A stretch of DNA of 64,000 bases from assembly GCF_006345805.1 (NCBI RefSeq), contig NC_042997.1, forward strand, positions 120,466,001 through 120,530,000. Reading direction: 5' to 3'. The notes beneath the pieces were generated by a model that was given only the letters and a program-made list of their open reading frames with translations, was not told where the DNA came from and searched no databases. The stretch is from Octopus sinensis (Eukaryota). How positions within the stretch are numbered: position 1 is the stretch's first letter; every line of letters starts with the position of its first letter. The position numbers and the translations under genes were made by a program. Below are positions 53,281-64,000 of the stretch, piece by piece.

Positions 53281-53743
53281 TGTTGGTCAAATTTCTCTGT
53301 TACTATGTCCAGAATATAACCATCCTTTCAGACGCTGATGGCGAAAACAGTCAAAACGATTATAAAAATGTAATTATGAGAGATGGAAGCAGCATTATTA
53401 CCGGAAAGCAGTCTTTCCATCCAGCTCACCGTGCATAACAAGGCAGAACACTTAGTAATGCGTTATTGGACTTGAGTAGAAGGCGTTTTTTTCTCTATGT
53501 TTATATCTCCATTACCACAACATACGTAAGTTCAATTTCATATTATTTCGGTGCGAATCGTTCTTTTCATGTAATGCACCACTTGAATCCAACTTCATAT
53601 TTTAATGTCTTCTCATAATGTGAAAATTAATTTTTTTGCCAGTTATTGAAAAACATTCTACCGATGCTGCTACACACTTGTTGGTTTCAGAGAATCATTT
53701 AAAAGAGATGTGTGCAGATAAAGTTTTCAGTTCTTTATTTGCC

Positions 53744-53776
<33 letters not shown>

Positions 53777-54931
53777 AGAGATGATTGAACATCAAATATC
53801 TCAATAAGCGCATTTGTTTTACGACAGTCATTTTCAGTTGAAAATTCTGTGCATGAAAAACATAAAACAAGCAAACTGCAACATTTTAATATTTCTACAA
53901 AAGTTTAAAGTGAAATATTTACCTATATTTTACATTGACTCTCATATAACGATTATGCTATACTATGAGGCAGTTAGTCACAAATTTTAGGTGGACAGAG
54001 TATTCAATTGACTAATTTAGAAATACAACACTGTTGTAATGTGATAGAACAAAGAAATGTGCTGATGTTGCAAAACAGAGATGACAGCTTTTAGATGAAA
54101 TCATAATTGTAAATAACCCAAACGGTTTTAGCAGCGGTAGACTTCGATATATAATATCATTGATTTGATTCACTTGTGCAGTAGACATGTAATTTCAGTG
54201 AAAATATACGGGATAATATCAAATCTCAGATTTATTATGATAACCTAGAAAAAAGTAGAAAATTAGGTAAAAAATAAAAAGGGGAACGCATCCCAACACT
54301 TGGAAGAGATAAAATACCAACAGTAACAATGACTAAAACCCGAAATACGTTTCCCTACAAATTTGAATTATTATATTCAAGGTTATTATTTGGAAGTGTG
54401 CAAAATAAATAATAAATGACGTACAGATGTTGGAAACATAACACCTCGCCCAATTTAAGAGTTCTCGACGTGATGAATGCATTTATATCATATAATGCTT
54501 GACTATGATGCTTCACATGATGCGTAGTTTATCATCATAAGTAATCTGCAGGTATAAAGCTAACACTGAATTCGAATATACCAATTTGCTGCTCGGGAAA
54601 TTGATGAATATGCGTTACGATCTATTCATATAAAAATTATATATATGCAATTTGTATTTAGCTTCCTGAATATGACACTGATTTTCCTTTCAATTTTTAG
54701 AATCTTACGGCTACGATACAAAGCATAAATGAGCCAGAAAACCAGCTGTAGCTGTCACGAGCATAGAACATTTTTTCTAATGTGGAAAACGAGTAGAAAA
54801 TGTTAAATATTCCCGGTAACGAGCTAATAAATCAGACCAAACATTACCCCAGGAATACAAATTTGCTCAGGTTTCTACCCGCTGATACAACACATATATA
54901 TGTATGTAGTGCGTGTATGTGTACGTATGCA

Positions 54932-54993
<62 letters not shown>

Positions 54994-55045
54994 TATTCGT
55001 TGTGCAAGACTTTTTATGTGAAGTCGTGTGTTGAAACAGACTTTG

Positions 55046-55223
55046 TTGTATTTCTATTGTATGTGTCTTCATTTGCGCATGTGTATATCTATGTGTGAGT
55101 CTATGTTTAGTTAGTGTGTATGTGTATGTGGGGGAATGCCTGTATTATTTGTATCTTCTGTTTATATACGTTCGTGTAATTTGTTTTTGTTTATTCTTAT
55201 TTTTTCTTCATGTTTACACCCAC

Positions 55224-55281
<58 letters not shown>

Positions 55282-55764
55282 GTATGCTTGTATGTATGTA
55301 TGTATGTGTATGTGTATAACAACAATACTAGTAATAACAATAATGATAATAATAAAACATTAAAAAGAAACAAAACAAATAGAAATAAGTAACTATATAA
55401 GTTTGTTTTTTTTAATTTAAAAGTTTTTTTTTAATTTTTAAATTATTTTTTTAAAATGTTTTTTTATTATCATTATTGTTTTTACTAATATTGTTGTTAT
55501 ACATACATACATACAAGCAAAATTAAAAAATAACAATGATAATAATGATAATAATGATAACAATAATAATAAGTGGATGTAAACGTGAGTAAAATATAAA
55601 GAAAATAAGAATAAACAAAAACAAAAACAAATTACACGAACGTATATAAACAGCAGATACAAATATTACAGGCATTCCCCCAACGCACATGCACACTAAA
55701 TAAACATACACGCACATAGAGATATACGCATGCGCAAATGAAGGCACATACAGTAGAAATACAA
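55046..55764. repeat. Diverged ~320-bp inverted repeat with an ~80-bp AT-rich spacer
   Basis: 55046-55366 vs 55446-55764, e.g. ggggaatgcctgta/tacaggcattcccc and tttatatacgttcgtgtaatttgttttt/aaaaacaaattacacgaacgtatataaa. Confidence 0.88.
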
Positions 55765-56017
55765 AATGGTTGACGGTTAGTATGGAGCGACACAAATAAG
55801 AAAGAAGAAAGCAAAGGACCACTGATGCGGTCATAGGAGTGTGACGAAAGAACTCTGGCTGAAATAAGATTAAGATTAATGTAAAAAATAACTAACACTG
55901 AAGCAAAGTAACACCAAATATATAGTGCGTGTGTTTTTATTGGCTAAACTAGCAAAATGACCATTCCGAAATACAACAATATATACATATATGTATATAT
56001 ATATACACACACACAGG

Positions 56018-56055
<38 letters not shown>

Positions 56056-56096
56056 AACACACACACACAAACACACACACACACACACACACACAC

Positions 56097-56162
<66 letters not shown>

Positions 56163-56191
56163 TATATTACAGTCTACAAACAATTGACCTA

Positions 56192-56907
56192 TTTATACAC
56201 GAAAGAGATGACCTTTAACGAAGACACACATTTCAAACCTATTAGATAAAAAGACGCATGATAAAAAGCCGCATACGAAAATGGGCAGTTAAATCCCAAA
56301 CCAAGAATAAGACCAATTTCAAAAAGATTGAAAGTCAAGCATATTTTTGTACTTACTCTCAGACTCGAGTTTATTATCAATGTGCAAAATATATTTACTT
56401 GCCATCTGTACTTCTTCAGTGAGGGAACTAAAATTAATGCTGATTTATGGCAGCAAATAGCACTGAAAATACACGTTCTACATTGTTATACATTATAATT
56501 TTCAGATCCACTGCGCAATGGCAGTTACATTCAGCAGCAAATAATAATAAAAGGATAAATTTGCGTACGAGAAAGGCTTCAAATTACGAACATTTTACTG
56601 TGAAAATAATAAGGGTAGAAAATTTATAGAAGTTTTCATATTTTAATATATAATAGTGTATAAACAATTTTCATATTTATACACGAAAGATGTTACCCTT
56701 AACAGGACACCTTACATGCTAAAAAGGGCAGTTAAATCCCAAACCTCGAATAAGAGCAATTTGAAATGGAATGAATATAAAAAAAATATATATTTTTGTA
56801 GTTACCGTCAGACTTGAGTTTCTGAATCGATGTGCAAAATAAATTAATTTACCATCCGTACTTCTTCAATGAAGACGCTAAAATTAATGCATATTTATGC
56901 ATCAAAT
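56192..56907 (+). repeat. Diverged tandem-like duplication with ~485-bp period
   Basis: 56192-56458 vs 56677-56907 share ttatacacgaaaga, gggcagttaaatcccaaacc and gtacttcttca...ctaaaattaatgc; a partial copy lies at 61371-61418. Confidence 0.8.
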
Positions 56908-57215
56908 GTCACCGGCATTCGCGCGTGCGGCGTGCGTGTGTCTGCATTACAGGTCCATAACAAAAAATACCAGTCAGAATTCATTGCATACCATAAAGTA
57001 GAAGCTTCAAAATAAACATCTTGAATTAGAGATACCGACATTATAAAGTCTGAAAACATATAATTATATCTGTTTTGAGACTGATAATATCTTTGAGCAG
57101 AATCGTTATATATATATATCACCAACTTCTTTTTACCTACGTATGCAGAATACGCTGGACACTGATCGCAGAGTGTATATTATATGTAGCGCTTTTGAAT
57201 AAAATATATGTAACA

Positions 57216-57613
57216 ATAGGTGCGGGAGTAGCTGTATGGTAAGAAGCTTGCTTCCCAACCACGTGCTTCGGGGTTCAGTGCCACTGCATCTTCGGCAAGT
57301 GTCTTCTCCTATAGCCTCGGGCCGACCACTGCTTTATGAGTGGATTTGGTGGACGGACACTAAGGGATGCCCGTCGTATATTTATGTGTGTGTTTACGTG
57401 TACGTATTTGTCCCTTCCCCCTGCACCATCACTTGACAGCTGATGTTGGCATGTCAACGTCCCCTTAACTTAGCGGTTCGGCAAAATCCTCGATAGAATA
57501 AGTAATAGGCTTACAAAGGATAAATCCCGGGGACAGTTTTTCGAATAAAGACGGTGAGCCTGCATGGCCGGAGTTAAATAACTGAAACAAGTTAAAAAAA
57601 TAAAAGAATAAAG
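57216..57613 (+). mobile_element. Full-length SINE family B
   Basis: Head ggtgcgggagtagctgtatggtaagaagcttgcttcccaaccac through the tail actgaaacaagt..aaaagaataaag. Confidence 0.88.
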
Positions 57614-57904
57614 ATTACTGTAGATAATGAAGTCACAAGTACATAAACTCAGGTGGGCAGAGATAATAAGAATCACAATGAAACCGTCGTATCGTGGGCA
57701 AAATAAACTGGTGCAAGAGTCGGTATACAGTATGCTGCTATTTATGTTTGTTCAGATTAGCAAGAAAATTAAGTACTGTAGAGTTATGGAATATATGCGG
57801 AGAAAGAGGTAGAAACTGAAAAAAATATTTACGTCGTAAGAATTCAGAAAGAAAGCGTAAAGAAACAATTAATTGCATCTTTCTCTAAACAAATGTGTAA
57901 CACT

Positions 57905-58329
57905 AATATCGTGTTGAGTCAAAAGCTTTGTAATATTTTGGTAACTTATTTGCTTTATCGGTGAAGTTGCACCAAAAGCAGCTCAGCATTCAAAGTACAG
58001 GCTGTCGTGATGCACTGTCTGGAGCCGACTTTCTGCCAGTTCCTTAACCCCATGCTGATATCACTTCTTGTCCTGCAAAACGAAGACATCGTTCCCTGAA
58101 GCTTCCACCTCCTCTTCTTTGATGATGCATCGCCAGTGCAGTAAGTGAGCCATGGATCAGAACAAGTAATAATCTCATGTAACTTGGTAAGGACCGTGTG
58201 CTATATGTGGCATCAATTCAGTTCCTTCAAATTCTAGCAATTTGCTCAAGCGATATGAGGTATTGCGTTGTCTTGCTGTAGAACAGCTCGCTTTCTGTTA
58301 AACAATGCCGAGTATTTTTGCCTCCCATG
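57905..58329 (-). mobile_element. Mariner transposase C-terminal remnant with a TIR-like end
   Basis: KYSALFNRKRAVLQQDNAIPH..ELMPH..DYYLF*SMAH..GVKELAESRLQTV..LYFE resembles the mariner DDD C-terminus; TIR-like end at ~57905-57930. Confidence 0.82.
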
Positions 58330-60318
58330 AACCTACATCACAGTATAAGTTCAACAATTAAAATTGTTAAGATAAGGACAAAACAATAGATATATTAAGA
58401 GAAAGAACAAAGGTGTCAACTTAGAATTTGAAAATATAGAGAATAAAATGAATTCATAAAAAAATCAACCCACAGTTAATACACTGCTTGTTAGGACAGT
58501 GTAGAAATAAACCAGAGTGAGAGACGAAATAGGCTAAGACACTCTAGAATAAAAGCAGAAATGTTAAGTTTTATCTACCTCACACGTTACAAATTGATAG
58601 TCACGTGAAAAAATATTGATACTAGGGAGGGACGTTCAGTGCTTCTTTACAAGCAATACAATGAGGCAATTCCCCAAATAATTATGATTACTGAATCTTG
58701 AAATTTCCCCATATATTCGCAGACTGGACTCACATCAGCTGTCCTCTATGTGGATACATCAGCGGAAAACATGCAGCATAAGATTGTATCATCTGTAATA
58801 CATAGCAAGAGTTGGAATACAATACGCTGCTATATATGTTTGTTCAGATTAGCAAGAAAATTTACTACTGTAGAGTTATGGAAAATATGCTGAGAAAGAC
58901 TTAGTAACTGAAAAAATTATTTACTTCGTAAGAATTCAGAAACTTTGACAGGACGTGAAATAATTTGTTTTCATCGGTGGAACTAGAATTTGATAAAGGT
59001 TTCAAACCCAAAATGCTCTTTAACAGAATATTTATATGTCATTATTTATAACTTCATCTACTTCGAGTAAACGTTATATTTAGAAACTGGATGGAATAAT
59101 TGGGGACAAAAAAAAAAAAAAAACTACAGCAGGGCTGACTGCCGCCCAAATAGTCCCAGAAGAACATGCAAGTTACATTACACATCCTTTGCAAAATATT
59201 TTCAATTACGTTCGAAACAATCCACATCATATCTGTACAACACACAGACACACACACATACACACACACACACAAATACGCACGCCACCTGCGAATGTAA
59301 TAACAAAACGTATTCTTAGGATATTGACAGCCGATAATACAACACATCGTGTATAATGCTAAAAGAAGTCACAAAACTTTTCTTTAATGGACTTCACAGA
59401 TCACAAATTGTACAGAGTCATCATGAGACATAACATACAGATTTTCTACCCAAACAGACACAAAATACGAAGCAGCACAAATAACAACAAAACTATTCAT
59501 TGAATGAGGTATTACAGTACGGAACACAGATATACAATACAACATAGAAACAAATGTCAATACCACATCTTCCCCATGGACACCTGGTGTTGCAATACTA
59601 TCATGAATGAAAGTGTTTGAGACAGGATTGTAATAATAAATTGGAAACGGAAATATTTGTCACGAAGAATGGTGTCAATAAAAACATCGTTTCACAACTA
59701 TAACTTTTGACTTCTATAATTATTCTTAAATTCTCTACTTACTTGTCAGGAAAAGACCATAAGTACGTCTATTAAACAAAATATATAATTAGAAACTTGC
59801 CATTGTTATTGTTTCCATATTCAAAACAGATTTCTGGTTTTAAATTTATTGCAAGTATGTCTGCGCCGGCCAAATTTACTTAAAGTCAATCAATTTGTTT
59901 TAGCCTTCGATATAGGCACCAACTTGTTATATTGAAACCGTTTTAGTAATATCTATGCATTACATGTATTCAATTAATACGCAAAAATTCTAAACCTATC
60001 ATTGTAAACTTTGTTATGACATTAACTAGTTATAGTTATTTAATTGTTATATATTAAAATATCCTCTATATCAAACGGAAAGATCAATTGCTGTCTCTAT
60101 TTACTATGATACATTTGATATGATGTTACCTGATCGTTGTTTCCCTAGTCTCGGTATCAATTTCTGTTGCATAACATAATCGGTACCCAACCCTGCACGT
60201 ATGCTTACAGGCATATTTTTTTTATATATTTGCTGACAGCTAAATAGCAATATATAAAGATGAAAAATAGCATTCTGCTTCTTCGGAAAGCATTGATTCA
60301 CTCAAAAACTATTTAGGA

Positions 60319-60354
60319 TATGGGCCCAGCACGCTTCCACTGCACCACTCTGTT
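60319..60354 (-). pseudogene. Initiator tRNA-Met 5'-half fragment
   Basis: aacagagtggtgcagtggaagcgtgctgggcccata vs canonical agcagagtggcgcagcggaagcgtgctgggcccata; the 3' half is absent. Confidence 0.85.
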
Positions 60355-62287
60355 CAACTAAAGAAAATAGACAATCTTTTGTTTCTTGTTTTCGTTTTGT
60401 TCTGAGTTTCATTACTTTATGTAACAATCTGTCATATGTTAATAATCTATTTGTGAGTATTGGACTATGTGAAATATATGAAATTTATTAATTATACACT
60501 AAATGCTACAGCACTGGTATGTTATATTACTTACTGAATTGTGAAATTTCATTCTGCTCATATCTACGTGAATGTGGTTTGTCAGATTCGACTAGACAAA
60601 TTCACAGTTCTATGCGTTGCAAATTTTCTTGGATGTCTCTTCATTTGTCCTTTTCAGATCAGAGAGAAAGGAATCGTTTCTATAAGTGCTTCCCATGCTT
60701 GTTTGTATAATACCCAATTAAACAGTAAAAAAAATGTTACAAAGGAAAAGACGAGTGCAAAGTATTTAGAGATTATAAAAGACTAGTTCACTACAACACA
60801 AAACTGTTTTTATAAGTTTGCCAATCTGGCTTACTAGATTTGAAGAGAATATTACCACCAAGGTTTTACTACAAATAGCGTGGAATAAAATTATCAAATG
60901 AATTGAACAAATATAATATGCTTAATACATATGATGTGCACCACAGTATGTGGTATAACTAAAGCAGCTGGTTAAAAATTAATGAAGGAATTCAAATACA
61001 GAAGCAGATCCCGCAAGAAAAAAGATTGCACGAGAGAAAAATATATATTTCCCAAAAGTATGAGAACGAAAACATATGCGGAAAATTGTTTCACCACAGA
61101 AATGTAAAGCTGAACTGAATGACTAAATTTCGAGACTATTTTTATCATAAAAGAAATATTAAATCGACAGCTGGAGGCTAAATCGTTGAGAATGCAGGGA
61201 TTTGAGAATAGAATGGAACAATGGGAATCAAGCATAATGTTTTGAGGAGAGAAATGAAAAGTTTAAATGGAATAAAACTTCAAAACATTGATAAAAACAA
61301 TCTATTAACAATAAAAATAAACATAATTATTTTGGAGAAATAATGAAAATATATACAAAAGAAATAATCCACACGAAGACACACATTTCAAACCTATTAG
61401 ATAAAAAGCCGCATGAATGAATACCTGATTATATCGAATAATAAGGTGAACATTAAATAGCAGCTAACTGAATTAAAATAAAGATTATATTTCGCACCAC
61501 AAAAAGATTAATCTCCAATTTTTGTAGCAATCTAATGCGTTTCTATATTAGAGAAACCCGGATTAACCAATATTTTGTGAGTTGAGGTAAACGTTATGTG
61601 GAAGAAACGCTTCCTATGTATGAGTGTGTTTGTGTGTATGTGTATGCGTTTGTGTGCGTGTGTATGTGTTTGTGCGTATGTGTATGTGCTTGTGTGCGTG
61701 TGTATGTGTTTGTGTGTGTGCGTGTTTATATGTGTGTGTGTGTGTGCACGCGCGCGTGTGTATTTATATTTGTGGGTGTGTCTGAGTTTGTAAACACCTC
61801 CCCTTGACAACTCCAATTTACTTGTCTACGTCTTCATAACTTAGCGGATCGACAATAGAGTTAAATAGAACAGATGCTAGGATCAATTTCTTCGACTAAA
61901 CCCTGCATAATCGAAGTCTTCTGACTGAAACAAGTAAACAATAAAATATTATTTCTGAATGTATTCTTAAAGACTGCCTCTTTAAGCATCTTCCATTTAG
62001 AATGGGTTTTTTATAATACCAAATGTAGTAGTTTGTGAACTTGAAAATATTTCTCAATCTACTATAATCGCTATGCTCGTTATGTGAACATCCTTTCTTT
62101 CATCTGTTAAGATCTCGTGAAATTTAATGCGTTTTGCTACATTTTCACCGTAGACCTCCTCACGAAGATTGACTCATTTTACATTTCCTGGAGGTATTTT
62201 CATTATTTGGTGTGTCATCATTCACACTTGATTTGGTTTTCTTTCTCACTCTCACAAATCCCTAAGTCATCTTGCTTCTCCATCTGA

Positions 62288-62430
62288 AATCTTCATTGCC
62301 AAAATGCAGCAATCTTCTCGGCAAAGAAATGACACAATGCGGTGATCTTCTCGCCAAAGGGTGCAGCAATCTTGACGCCATAGAGTGCGGCAATCTTCTC
62401 ACCAAAGAAATGACACAATGCAGTGATGGC
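62288..62430 (+). repeat. Short higher-order tandem repeat with 23/33/24/24/33-nt units
   Basis: Repeated (a/g)atcttctcgccaaag..tgc(a/g)g(c/t), with gaaatgacacaa in the long units. Confidence 0.8.
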
Positions 62431-64000
62431 AAAATAAATTTGTAACGCATTGTAGTCGAATACATCGATTGCATATCGTGCATGTTACAATGAATACGGA
62501 AAAATTAAATGTTGAAGACACCTACGTTTCATTACAGCACACTTCCTTTAGAACAGTAACAATGGCAAAAGCAGCAACAGAATATATGACAGTTGTGTCT
62601 TCATGTTTTAGTAAAGAATTTAATAACCTGTAGCAAAGTTAATGTATTTAAATCAGCCGCCAGTTTAAAGTGTTCGTGTTAATAAAATATTGGTTGTGAT
62701 AGATTTTCTTTTAAACAAAAGTTACCTTCATAAATCTAATTTATATAAATTTTTTTTCGAGACTTTCTCTACTATTCTATTTCCTATACAAAATTTTATA
62801 GGTGTAAAGAGAAGTAATATTCATAGTTATAAATAATAATAATGCTATTGATTAAAATTTGTTAGTAATATTTACTCTCAAAAGGAAAAAATTAAATGTT
62901 GTAACATATGATATATAACATCATAAATTTTTTTTATGCTGTACAGACAGACATTTAACAACAAAAGTAAATATATAAAATTAAGGTATACGCAGACGTG
63001 TTTATATATTTGTATACGCAGTATACAAACATACAAACACACACATAGCATATAAAGACAGAAACCACATACACATATACACACATATATATCAATATTT
63101 ATATGTATATATGTATGTGCAAAACCAGAAGCCGTGTGAGCATGTGTGTATAAATAAATAAATATATATGAATATATATGTTTTCTATTTTACCTCTTTT
63201 AGCTTCTTTTTTTGCATTGGGCAGCGGTCATACCGAGATAAACACGCTCGTTCACTTTTTCATTGATCGTTTTAGTTAAATACCAATTCCATCCTGGTTT
63301 TTATCTTTTCAGCCAATCTTTGTAGAATGTGTAAGCTCTGGAGGAAATATGAAGAATGCCAACTTCATGAGACGCAGTGCAAAGATTAGGTTTATATTGT
63401 TCCTTACGGGGTCAATCTTAAACCGAAATTTGCATCTGATTTACTTTTAGTACACAGAGGGTAAAATACCCACCCAAAAATTTAAGCCGAACAATGATAT
63501 TACCTAACTACATAAAACAAACCACGCACTCAGCATCAACAGCCTGCGCCCCACGGATCAACTTCTGAGCATTTAACTTGATTTAAATATCACAATCTGA
63601 ACACACTGTTTTCCCTATATTTTCTATAATGCTTTATTGTTTTGTATCCATGTGACTATATATCATTGTCTATGTCTATATCACTGAATATAAATATATC
63701 ATCATTGTTCGACCTTGGTCGAAACTTTAAAGTCTTTTCAAATGGCTAATAATGTGTGCGCGCGCCGCTACTACACACATTGGAAAGCATCGTACAAACA
63801 AACACTAAAGAAGATTTTTCTTCCTCCATGAAACAAAGCTGTTCCCGCTGGATATCAACCCAGTATTTCTAAGGTGCGGACCGAGTGATTTGTTGTAAGG
63901 TTATCTCCCTAGAGAGATTGCTTTCACTACGGCTAAGGAGCCCTTTCTACCCCACTGACACAGGTTGTACTGGTTTACAGTTTACCAGTAGCAGGATCCG

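Overview
AT-rich, microsatellite-dense, gene-poor eukaryotic DNA. The SINE families and composition suggest an octopus (cephalopod) genome; this is an inference. I found no intact protein-coding gene. The dominant feature is a ~6.85-kb head-to-head Penelope-like retroelement (PLE: RT plus C-terminal GIY-YIG, 46236-53080). It forms a palindrome with ~2.7-kb arms and sits in the (TA)n core of a SINE, which it splits. Each arm ends in a minimal type I hammerhead ribozyme (HHR) with a compensatory U3-A8 core instead of C3-G8. Several other small elements carry whole or partial HHR motifs, and several fold back, mostly next to (TA)n tracts. Three fold-backs share the same asymmetric architecture at scales from 150 bp to 7 kb. 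Also present: a frameshifted, intronless DOCK-family pseudogene fragment; a U6 pseudogene joined to a SINE head; a 28S rRNA fragment; a tRNA-iMet half; many tRNA-derived SINEs, some with internal tandem arrays; and decayed RTE, CR1/L2-like, R4/NeSL-like, Gypsy and Tc1/mariner remnants. All homology calls come from manual translation and motif recall, not database searches.
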